In this document: in pieces, positions 22,563-33,290 of the stretch
Position numbering within the stretch: position 1 is the stretch's first letter
How the letters are laid out: each line of letters begins with the position of its first letter
Source of the DNA: Dimorphilus gyrociliatus
Taxonomy: Eukaryota > Animalia > Annelida
Direction: 5' to 3'
Assembly: GCA_904063045.1 (NCBI GenBank)
Contig: CAJFCJ010000105.1
Span: 1 to 39,320 of the forward strand
Length of the DNA: 39,320 nucleotides
Program-made: the position numbers and the translations under genes
Notes under the pieces: model-generated
The model's input: only the letters and a program-made list of their open reading frames with translations
What the model was told of the DNA's origin: nothing
The model's database searches: none

Positions 22563-25320
22563 CCCAGGGTGGGAAAAAACGTCCCAGTGTGGGAAAAAAC
22601 GTCCCAAGGTTAGGAAAAAATGTCCCAAGGTTGGGAAAAACAAGTAGTGGGATAAGATATTTGAATTTTAAAAAAGATTGCTCTATTTTGGGAACCAATG
22701 GCAATATACTGAGAATATAATAATTAATAATGAATATATGTTTATTAAAATGTATTAAAAATGAAAAAAGCTAAGAATGTTATACAAAGTTTAAAAGTTA
22801 CTAGAATAAAGTATAAAGTATGTTAAGACACTGAGAATTATTTTGAATAGATTAATGCAATCTTCTGCAAGAGGACAGCAGATGTAATCATTCCCAATTT
22901 GTATTCATCCCAAACAGCAAATACTTGGTTCTGCTTCTGGATGACACTTTTCTTCTGATACTTCTTTAGCCTTTTTTCTGATAGAAGTTTCTCTACAACT
23001 GGAATAAGACTTGATTCCTGTTTTAAAATATCTATGAGCATATAAAATGACCCTTTTGCAGGAGTCTTTTCATTATTCTTCTGTGCCATCCTTCAACATC
23101 ATTGTTGGTCCTGATGGCAAGACCAAATACAGACCAACAATTTGGTGTCCAAATTGAATGCTTAATCCAAGTACTTTCAATGTATTGGAATAAATCCAAA
23201 AATTCATTTCTCTCAAAGGCCTCATCTTTTAGCATGTAGAAACTGTTTAGAATGGCTTCATCTGGAAGAAAAGGTAATGCCAAAACTTGTTTCAGCAGTC
23301 CTGCCTTCTTCTTTTCCATATTATATTGTTGTGTGTATCCCAAATTCTACAATAATTTAATAATAAGGCCAACCACTGAATTTAAATATAAACTTACTTG
23401 AATTTTTCTGTAGACAGCTTGTGTCCAATGGAAGACACAACCTTGAATAGGAATATTAGGGTAAACTGAGTTAAGAGCACTCCATATACCTAATTCAAAA
23501 TCAACTACAAATTTGTCAGGTTGAAAACCATTTGTCAATTTTTGAATCTCCTTTTGATAAGATGAAGTTAATGAAACAGAATTAAGCAACCAAATCATAC
23601 TTACTTTAAGAATCATTTTGTACACTTTTTTTTTCTTTGATGTTAAAAAAGGAAATGCTAATGGAATTTGTTTTGCTTCTCCATCATTTTTAATAAAAGA
23701 ATGAACAGAAAAAAGCTGTACAAATGGATCCTTCACAGCCTTGAAAGTGCCATCTAAATACCATACTTTACTTTTACATAATAAAGACAGCTGGTGCTTA
23801 GAAGCAAATAGTAAAACTCTTTGATTTCTTACAACAATATCACTTTGAAGAAAATCATCTGGTATAAATGTTGTATTAAGTTCAAAATCAATTTCGTTTG
23901 GTTCTTTAGGCCTTGATTTTTGCCTATTGATATTGGCTAATCTCCTCAGATTTTCCAGTTTTGGTAGGTTATTTTCACTTTTATTTAAATTAATTAATAG
24001 ATCTTCAGCAATTGCTCTTCCAGATGACTTGATGTCTGCATTACAGATTGCTCTCAATTCTTTTCTAGCAGAAATATTCACAATAAGGCTTTTCCTTTTG
24101 TTATGATTGTGTTCATGTTTACTCTTTATGAAAATATTTCCTTTTTGTTGAATAATAACTGGACATTGAATATTCTTATTTCTAACAGAACATCTCCAGA
24201 TGGTTCTCTTGTCACTTCTAGATTTTATATTAAAAGCATAGCCATTGTTGGTCAAAATATCTTTCCCTTTTTGACTTCCACCAATAATAATATGAAATTT
24301 GTCTGAGCTTTCCGTATTCTCATTATTTTCAGTTTCATTTTCATGCAATAAATTTTCCTCCATATTAGAAGTATTGCTAACTTCTTTAAGACTACAATTG
24401 TCTTTAACCATATTATTATGAGCACAACTCAGAGCAGCTTTTACAATAGGATCATCATTGATCACATCTGATAAACTAATGAGACAATATCTTTCACTCA
24501 AACTTTTGCATGAAGAACACTTATCATCTTTCATTTCTGTAATATTAAGCAAAGTTAAATACATGTATGTTTTACATAGTAAATATCACCTTTACAGATA
24601 TGATGACAAAGTGAACATGTAGTTTCTTGAATCCTGAACTTTTCTGCACAATTATTGCAAAATACTCTTTCAGATTCTAAATTGAAAATGAAAAAAGTGA
24701 ATAATTTAATAAAAACATATAAAGAGACAGACCTTTGATGCATTTGGCATGGACATAATCTTGGCAGTCATTGCATTTCATCTTTCTCTGTCTGCCATAA
24801 AATCTTTTATTACAATTAATACAAACAGGTGCCATTACTAAGTTTCTGCAAAAATAAATTCACTTTCAACTATCAAATATGGCTGCCTATACAAAAATTA
24901 TAAATAATAACTCACTGGAAAGAAGTGTTCTTAAAAAATGTATAATCTTGTACTATTCAATAAACTAAATCAATACCAGAGTTTCAATGCTTAAAAAACA
25001 AATTAGCCTGAAAATATGCCAAGAAATGCAAAATTTATCTTTCACTTACAGACAAGACAAGGAAATAACTCATTTCTCTTTTAATAGCATTACATAATTC
25101 AGAGAAAACTGGTAAAAACATCACAATACATATCCCTTTCTTTAAAAATATTAATATTTTATTCTATAAATGAAATAAACAGCAAAGAGAAAAACATTTC
25201 TGATTATAAGTATAAATAATTATGCCAAGTATATCTTTTGCCAGGCATAGGACGTTTTTTCCTGTCCTGGGATGTCTTTTCCCAGGGACGTTTTTTCCCA
25301 AGGACGTTTTTTCCCGACCC
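22513..25320 (-). mobile_element. Near-complete Phantom/MULE element (GGGAAAAAACGTCC family)
   Basis: Inverted repeat arrays at about 22513-22645 and 25238-25320; no matching TSD in the flanks. Confidence 0.85.
22838..24835 (-). CDS. PHD-FLYWCH-MULE transposase (5 exons, one frameshift)
   Basis: MAPVCINC-x12-CNDC-x4-HAKC|ESERVFCNNC; introns 24677-24732, 24537-24589, 23551-23604 and 23347-23397; WYLDGTF, VVDFE, CVFH and TNNDVEGWH present; 1-bp frameshift near 23073. Confidence 0.85.
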
Positions 25321-26700
25321 CATATCATCTTTTAAAGAATTTATCACTGTGGTATTAAAAACTTCATTTTTTACACTGATCTCTTCAATTATACTCTTGA
25401 AATTATCAAATAAAGCTATGAATAAAGGAAGAAAGAGAAAAAAAATTAAAAAAAAAAATTTCTCCATTTTATTTTTACTTATTTCATTCATTCTTTCATT
25501 TGGTGAAGTATATACAAATATTTCAATTATTTCTAATGGAATTTCTTTAGTATCCAAAGTAACAGTTTTGAAAATATTTATATATTTTCCATTATACACA
25601 ATTTCACAAGTTAAATCATGAATTTCAAAATCTACTTGAATTTTCTTGGAATAATTTCTAATACAAAATGTACTTTTTGAATTGTAAATTGTTTCAGGTA
25701 GTTTGTTAACAGTAATTGAAAAAGTTGCGTTAGTTTGTCCATTATACAAAGCTTGATGAAAAAAAGAAAAAGTTTGTCAAAAACTTCTTTTTTTTTATTT
25801 ATTACATACATGGATTAAACTTTCCTGTATATAAGAAAACACTGTAAACAGTTTGTATTGTTATCATATCAATTAGAAAGTACGGTTGAATATTATAATC
25901 AGTATTAGATAGTATTGAATAAAAACATGTTAAATAGTTTCTATCGTAAGCATTTTCTTTGAAAAAGTTCAAGTATTGTCCTCCTGTTAATGTCTTGGTA
26001 TTATTCATATTTAATAATGTTATATCTGTTCAAAAATAGAAAATTAAACAATTAATTAATTATTCATTCATTTATTAAAAAATGTTTACTTTGATCTCCA
26101 ACATATTTTCCTTCAACATACACATCACAAAGAGTTAATGAAACATTTTCTTCTGTTAATTGTATTTTAACAAATGAACCAATTGCTCTACTTAAATTAT
26201 AACAACTATATTGATTAAAATGTTTGGAATTTGGTTTTTGTACTGGTTCATTAACATAAATTGAATGTGATTGGTTATTCATTAATCCAAGTCCAATTGA
26301 AATTGTAAATTTCTCTAATTCATAGGCTACAAAAAAAAAATATGGAAGATTTATTTGTTTGTTTTCTTCTATACTTACATTCGGCACTCTTAATGTTAAG
26401 TAGGCAAACTCTTTGAATTTCGTAAACATTTCCAAGGTCAACTGACCACCATGAAATATTTGATAATATTCTACCAGTTTTTGAACATGTTAAAATATCC
26501 TAAACAAAAATAAAAAATTCAAAGAAATTTAAATAAATAGAGAAAAAACAAAAAGTTTGTATTAACATTAATATCAATATTTTCATCATTAGCCTTCTCT
26601 GGTTGATGAACAAACATGCCATGATCTGCAATAGAACTCTGAAAAGATTGTTTTCCTTTTGCTAAATTTGTTTGAACAGTAATATATATGTTGAAATCTG
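25321..26700 (-). CDS. Tandem F-type lectin (fucolectin/FTP-like) domain gene, truncated at a MULE terminus
   Basis: TNLAKGKQSFQSS..KANDEN|CSKT..SWWSVDLGNVYEIQRV..GSFVKIQL..LTLCDVYVEG; second domain NAYDRNYLTC..PYFLIDM..GKYINIF..LEIIEIFVY; several short GT-AG introns. Confidence 0.75.
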
Positions 26701-27249
26701 TTGAGTAATATTTGATATTAACAAATTAAGGCAAATAAATAACTTTTATTTTTTTTGACTTATTAATATTGCTGTTAAAAGAAAATTGAAAGAAATTCTT
26801 CTTCTCTTCATCTTTTCTTTTCTTTCTTCTCTTTGATTAAGTGAACCAAACTGCTACTTTCTCAAAGGAAAAATATCTTTTAAATGCAAATTTTTCTAAT
26901 GAAGTTATAACAATATAAAATATTCAACATGTCTACAAACAAAAACAAACAATGTTTATACTTTTTAAAGCTTGTCAATTTTAAAATACATCTCCTACTA
27001 TTTGAATTGTAAGATATGATAAATATATTTTACTAATATAGCCTACATACAGAATCTATTAAAATTTTATTACATTAGCTTTAATAATGGGGGAACTAAT
27101 TGAAAAATATTGAACTATGTAATTTTAAATTCTCTTACTTAATGAAGATTTTAAGGAAGATGTCTATATCTTGCCACCTCTATCTATCTATCTTTCTATC
27201 TCTCTGATATTAGCCCATTTCCTTTTATGTAGAAAACTGACACATCAAA

Positions 27250-27690
27250 GACAACAACATTATTTCTCTTCTGTTACTATTAGCAACAAAAACTGTATTA
27301 AAGGATTGCCACTGGGTGGCAAGCATATTCAGCCCTTTGGTGAAGTATTTGGGCAATTTTGATCTAAAAGATCTTTTTACAGCTGTTTTCAATTTATCAG
27401 AATTGCAATGTTTCCAAAATAAATAATAGTCTGATAGAACAAGATCAGGGCTGTAATATCATTGATCCAATTATTGTAAGATATTGCCAAGTTTGCTGAC
27501 TGGTATGACATCTGGCATTGTAATCTAGTAAAAGCACTTGTTTATTTCATTTAACTCTATTAATTTTTTGCCTTAACCTCTTTGGAACTTGAATATAAAT
27601 TTGAGAATTGATTCTGATTTGTGAAGAAGCCCTCATCCATATCCCAAAAAATTTTGACAAAAAATTCTCTCCTTCCAGATCTAGATCCTC
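27250..27690 (-). mobile_element. Mariner transposase remnant
   Basis: INSQIY..KRLRQKI..VLLLDYNARCH..YSPDLVLSDYYLF..FTKGLNMLATQW resembles mariner LHDNARPH and YSPDLAPSDY motifs; stop and frameshift present. Confidence 0.75.
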
Positions 27691-27840
27691 CAATTTCTGG
27701 ATTGCTTTCAAATGTTGCTTTATTTTATGAAATTTATTTGAAATAACATCAGCATGTAAGAATGGTAATGCCAAAAGCTGTTTCATTTCAGTCCATTGTC
27801 CAGTATGGCTTTTATATTTAGCAGAATAACCCAATTCCTA
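27691..27840 (-). mobile_element. MULE transposase last-exon fragment
   Basis: Acceptor TTTGTAG then ELGYSAKY..KQLLALPFL. Confidence 0.75.
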
Positions 27841-27892
27841 CAAAATCCAAAAGAAAATATCAAACACAAAAAAATTGTTGACAGGTGAAACC

Positions 27893-28100
27893 GGGATGTG
27901 GTAGAAAACAGCCATAAATCTATGGTTTTACCCTAACCCTAACCCAGCCCTTGTTTTTGCCTAACCTTTTTGAATACCCCTAACCCTTAGATGGGACCCT
28001 CCTAAGAACATATCAACAGTTATCTTATTCCTCCTAACCATTTCCCAGGCTGAAATCTAACTTTCAAATATTTCATTTATGGCTGTTTTCGACCAGTCCC
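27893..28100. mobile_element. MITE-like element with telomere-type repeats
   Basis: Imperfect TIRs GGGA..TGGT(A/C)GAAAACAGCCATAAAT; internal CCCTAACCCTAACCC and further CCTAAC motifs; no TSD found. Confidence 0.65.
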
Positions 28101-28784
28101 ATATTAAAGGTATAGTTTGTCTATAAAAAATATTGCATAACTCATTTTCTATTCTTGGATTTTTTGTCTGCAGGAAATTAAAAAAATGACTAATGATTCA
28201 ATGCCAGAGGAGGTAGTTGTTGATTTTGAAAAAGGACTCTGGAAAGCTCTGAAATCTATTTATCCAGCAGCATCCATAAGAGGGTGTGCATTTCATTGGA
28301 GCCAAGCTGTGTATAGAAAGATTCAGGTAAGATGAATATGTTAATATTGCTACAGTTTAGCTTTTATTATCTATATCTTTAGAATTTGGGATACAGTAAA
28401 GATTATCAATCAAACATGAATAATGGAAGGTCAACATTAAAAAAGATATTAGCATTGCCATTTCTTCCTTCTACTACAATACCAACAATCTTTAATTTAA
28501 TTGAGAATGGTATGGGAGCAAGAAACAAATATGCTGATTTGTTAGATTATGTTCGATCTCAATGGATTGAAAATTCAATTTGGCAACCTCAACAATGGTC
28601 TATGTTTGGTTATAGTGTCAGAACAAGTAATGAAGTTGAAGCTTGGCACAGAAGATTGAACAGTAAAGTCTTAGCCAAAGGCTCCTTTTACCAATTGGTA
28701 GATGAACTAAATAAGGAAGCTTCTCTTATTGATGTTTATAAAAAACTTTTATCTGAGAGAAAGTTGAAGAACACCAAAAGAAAG

Positions 28785-31491
28785 GGGTCGGGTGTGAACG
28801 TACCTGGGTGCGAACGTACCCGGGTGCGAACGTACCCTGGGCGGGTGCGAACGTACCCAGGTACGTTCGCACCCTATTTTTATATTTATTTTATTTTTGA
28901 ATTTTTGAATAAACATGTACATTGACACCCTTTTTTCCTTCTGTTCCTTCATTATATATTTGTTAATATATTGATTAGATAGAATGCAGATATTAAATAG
29001 AATACATATCCCATCAATATTAAATTACTACTTTAAAAGAAAATGTTGTTGAAAGTGAAATAGCAGCCATTTTAATAGTGATAGTTTTATTAAATAAACT
29101 TTCACTTGGAATATTTATCCTTGCAAAAGTAAAGCTATATTTACTGAATAAATTTGGACAAAGTTCTTCTTGGAAGCTTCAACAGAAGTGAGTATTTATA
29201 TCTAATCATTGAGATTGTTGATTCATGATATTTTGATGTAATATACTATATTCAATTGTGAAAAAGCTGAATATTTTTCATAAATAAAATTTCAGCCATT
29301 TTGAATATTTGGAAAGGAAATTTATTGATAACTGGAAATATTTTTAGATAACCATCTACATTTGATTGAAGATTAAAAAATGGCTTTCAAATGTCACAAT
29401 TGTCATTCAACAATTTATGGAAGGCAAAAATATTTGAAATGCAGCCTTTGTAAGAATCTTATTCATAGGAAATGCACAGGTATGTAACTCTTTAATCAGC
29501 TTTCATGTAATTATATTTTTTAACATATTCTTATAGAAACACATAACATACCAATTTGCAAACCTTGTAACAAAAGAAAATGTACTGTCATGCTCAAGAA
29601 GTTAACTAATCTGGAAATTCATCAATTCAAAGTAAATTCTGAAGAAAGCTTTATTGATGAAAGAAATAAGATTGCTGCAGTTGAGGAATCAATATTGGAG
29701 GATGAAAATCATGTTCTTTCAGAATGCCAATCAATGGACCTAGACTCTTTGGAGGAAGTTGAAGAGAATGCTGAAGAATATTGTGAATCATCCACAAAAA
29801 GTGATTTTGAGATTGTAAAAGGAGGAAGTAGAAAGGGACATGACATTTTACTGAATGATGGATATTCTTTTGTTGTTAAACATAAAACACCATCAAGTAC
29901 TATTTGGGTGTGCAGTGTGAGAAGTAAGAAGAAAAGATGTGTGGCCAGAATAAGACAAAATGGAAATTTATTTCTCAAAGGCAATTTGGAACATAATCAC
30001 AACAGAAAAAAGAATTTAGAAGTGGATATTAAAGTGAAAACAGATTTGAAAATTGTTTGCAGAAGTGATAATCAAACATCTGGAAGAAGCATTGCTGAAA
30101 AAGTTCTTCTATCCTATGAACCCAATGCAACTTGTCTTCCTGATATCAACTATTTGAAGAGAATGGCAAACTCAAATAGACAAAAGTTTAGGCCAGTGGA
30201 ACCTAAAGTGTACAACTTTAATTTAGATGAAACATTTTTGCCTGATGAATTTTTGCAGAAAGATATTTGTGAAAATGGAGAAAGAATTTTAATCTTTGCA
30301 ACAAACCATCAGCTGAATTTATTATCAAAATCCAACTGTTGGTACATTGATGGTACTTTCAAGATTGTAAAAGAACCATTTTATCAACTTGTCACTATTC
30401 ACTCATTTGTTAAGAAGAGTGGTGATATGAAGCAAGTTCCTCTTGTTTTTATTTTTCTGACTTCAAAGCATACCAAAGCATACTTACAAGCATTTCAAGT
30501 AAATATTTCATATTATCTCTTCAAAAGTGATGATAAATAAAGTTGCTTTTTTGTAGCATATCAACAATCTTATCAATGATTTTCATCCAAAAAGAATTAC
30601 AATGGATTTTGAAAAAGGACTATGGAAAGCATTATCAAAAGTATATCCCCTCACTGAATTTCAAGGTTGTGTATTTCATTTCACACAAGCAGTATACAGG
30701 AAAATACAAGTCAGTTACATTCAAATATATATAACATTATCTATTAAATAACTTATATTATTGAATAGGCTCTTGGCTATGTAAAGAAATACAAAGAAAA
30801 AGGAAATGATTGGAAAGATTTCAGAAAATTGATGGCTCTGCCATTCTTGCCAGCACATATTATTCAACCAACATTTGACAGCATAAATGCAGAACTTTGT
30901 GAAAAAAATAGATTTTTGGACCTGCTGCAATACTTCCAAACAAACTGGATCAAAAATAAATTATGGAAACCAAATAACTGGTCAGTTTTTGGTTTGTCTA
31001 TTAGGACCAATAATGATTGTGAAGGATGGCATCAAAGAATGAATAGTAAGCTGCCTGCTAAAGGTTCTTTTTACATGCTGGTTGATGAGCTAAAAAAAGA
31101 GTCTGAGTTGATTGCAGTTTATGAGAAATTACTGTCAGAAAAAAGGATTTACAAACATCAAAAGAAAAAGTATATTGACATCCAAAAGAAAATTTTTGAT
31201 TTATGGGATGATTTCAAGTTGAACAAATTGACATCAATTGATCTATTAATGCAGACATCCCATATCTACTCTCCAGCATAAATATCATTTGTCAAGCTTT
31301 ATTGTTTTTTAGTATAATATTTAGTCTTTTAAATACATACTTTTAGATTTATAGCTAAATCTTTTATTCAAAAATTCAAAAATAAAATAAATATAAAAAT
31401 AGGGTGCGAACGTACCTGGGTACGTTCGCACCCGCCCAGGGTACGTTCGCACCCGGGTACGTTCACACCCAGGTACGTTCGCACCCCAACT
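28785..31491 (+). mobile_element. Complete Phantom-like Mutator element, 2707 bp
   Basis: 129-bp TIRs (28785-28913 and 31363-31491, about 5 mismatches) built from GGGTGCGAACGTACC units; 11-bp TSD CCAAAAGAAAG (28774-28784 and 31492-31502). Confidence 0.95.
29380..31281 (+). CDS. Intact PHD-FLYWCH-MULE transposase, join(29380-29479, 29537-30498, 30557-30709, 30769-31281), 575 aa
   Basis: GT-AG introns of 57, 58 and 59 bp keep the frame; CHNC-x12-CSLC-x4-HRKC-x8-CKPC; FLYWCH IWVCSVR..C..HNH; D (WYIDGTF), D (TMDFE), CVFH, E (NDCEGWH). Confidence 0.92.
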
Positions 31492-31669
31492 CCAAAAGAA
31501 AGAATATTTGAAATTACTGGTTAAAATATTCAAATTATGGGATGATTATGATTTAGGGTTAGGAACAGCAATGGATCTATTGGAAAAAGTATCAAATATA
31601 TATGTATCATAACTTGCATATTAACCTCTCTTGTCTAGCCCTGTAGTTTAATTCTTGATGTTTTTGGTG

Positions 31670-31814
31670 TAACTAACACATACATTTGGGAAATAAGGAT
31701 AATGAAAAGAAGCTGTTAATAAGAAGTGATTTAAAAACCAAAAGTAAAGAAAATCTAATACTAAGTGGAAGAAGAATTGCAGAAGAGGTTTTGATAAAGC
31801 ATACAGATGCAGAA
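31670..31814 (+). mobile_element. MULE transposase post-FLYWCH fragment
   Basis: IRSDLK..SGRRIAEEVL matches VKTDLK..SGRSIAEKVL of the intact copy; cut by the terminus at 31815. Confidence 0.7.
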
Positions 31815-31935
31815 CGGTGCAGTGAAATTTTGGCCCAGGACAGTTTGGCCCACTTTTGGACATTTTGGCCCAGTTTGGACATTTCAACCCAGGACATTTC
31901 GGCCCATTTTAGGACATTTTGGCCCACTTTGTTAC
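31815..31935 (+). repeat. MULE terminus with GGACATTTTGGCCCA repeat array
   Basis: CGGTGCAGTGA followed by about five TTTGGCCCA/GGACATTT units. Confidence 0.8.
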
Positions 31936-32236
31936 ATTTTGAGTTAATTACTAATTATATACAATAAATAAGAAAAAAACAAAGAAACATACAATAAATA
32001 AAAATAAAATAAGTGTACACTTATGAACTATGGTTTATAGATATTTTATAAATAGTACTTACCATATTGTAGAAGTGTTGAAGTAGATGTTGCCTCTGAG
32101 GTAAATGGTACCAAACTCCTAATTTGATTACCTACAACCCAGCAGGAGAGTACAATAAGTAATATAACATAGTAATTTCAGATATGTAAAAGAATTATTA
32201 TAAAATTCCAAATATTTTCAGAGTAAGGGATACCAG

Positions 32237-32475
32237 TGTACTTTGTTGTATTCTAATTGTAGGAATTTCTGCTTCTTCAGCACAGCAGTCAACCTTTCCA
32301 ATCATTTATCAACTTACCAAAGTACTCAAATAAATGGAATCTTTCAAGTTCGTACACAAATAGTCTTAAGAAATGTAATTTCAGTAGAAATTAATCAACA
32401 AAAGGCAGGTATTTCGTTTAAAGAATATGTATTGAGTAAATGAGTTTCTAGTTCTAAACAACTAAGTTTAAACAA
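32237..32475 (-). mobile_element. LTR R-U5 fragment
   Basis: Begins at the exact LTR 3' end (TGTACTTTGTTG) and stops near the start of R. Confidence 0.85.
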
Positions 32476-32844
32476 GCTCCTTGTCTTGCATACATGTTAC
32501 AAAAAGGATCAAAGTTTGTTGTAAGAAATGAAAATCATCTTCATAAGTTGCATAAAAATCTGGAAAATGTTCTTCAATCAAGAATGGACTTGAAAGAAAT
32601 GGCAACTGGTGACAATGGAAAAACTGTTAAAAGATGATATTATCCTAAAATTTAAAGAAGACTTGCCAGAACTAGAATCATTAAGAAAATCTTTTTGATA
32701 TAAAGAGAGTAAAGACCAAAGCATCCTAGAGATTTTGATTTTGAAATAAATCTGAATGAAATTCCAATGGATTTCTTATTAAGAGATATATGTAAAATTT
32801 GGTTCATTGATGCAACATTTAAAGTTGTTAGAGATCCATTTTAT
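32476..32844 (+). pseudogene. Degenerate FLYWCH-MULE fragment
   Basis: CLAYMLQKG..HLH..DFLLRDI..WFIDATFKVVRDPFY; cut by the GGGTCGACAGAAAACGTCCAC terminus at 32846. Confidence 0.75.
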
Positions 32845-32845
32845 G

Positions 32846-33290
32846 GGGTCGACAGAAAACGTCCACAAATGAGAAATTTCAAGACTAAATTTTGGATTGG
32901 GAAATGGTTAGGCAGAAGAAAACAGCAACTGATTTGTACTTAGGGGGGTCTCCTTCGTCTCAGAACCCTAAGAGTTGTACATTTCTTGACCTAAACAGAG
33001 AACTGGAGCCAATTTTGGGAGAACTCTGTTGAACCTAGACATATACAGAGCCCTGACCAAGGGAACCCCTCATTGAAACCTCTGTGGAGCCCTAACTTAA
33101 AGAGAACTCCCATACAACACCTAGAAGCAAATACTGTACCCTGACCAAGGAGAACCCCTACCATAACCAATACAAAGCTGGTAACATTGATTAACTAACC
33201 AGTTCCTAAAACTGACAACAGTTCTGTGAGTGGCCTAACCAAACCTAAACCAAACCCTAACCTAATGAAATATAAGTACTTCTACATTTG
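32846..33290. mobile_element. Orphan MULE terminus followed by a GC-richer repeat-containing segment
   Basis: GGGTCGACAGAAAACGTCCAC; internal duplication with CCCTGACCAAGG 88 bp apart; CCTAAC/CCTAAA cluster at 33233-33263. Confidence 0.5.

Larger units (their letters stand above)
28174..31612 (+). pseudogene. MULE transposase 3' half, split by a nested element
   Basis: 153-bp exon 28174-28326 (VVDFE..CAFH), intron 28327-28382, last exon to 28784; resumes after 31491 as HQKKEYLK..LWDDY..IYVS* (stop at 31610-31612). Confidence 0.85.

Noticed and set aside
22500-25335. TSD for the 22513-25320 element
   Set aside because: Flanks GTTGTTTTACT and CATATCATCTT do not match
27928-27990. True or interstitial chromosome telomere
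   Set aside because: Only 2-3 contiguous CCCTAA units, enclosed by TIRs
20223-31935. Short GC-rich repeat arrays as CRISPR arrays
   Set aside because: Units are about 15 bp, abut with little or no unique spacer, occur as inverted pairs around transposases, and there are no cas genes; the DNA is eukaryotic
32128-32156. Short similarity to 5761-5790 (TTACCTA..ACCCAGCAGGA.AGTAC)
   Set aside because: Under 30 bp and imperfect; no larger shared element could be traced
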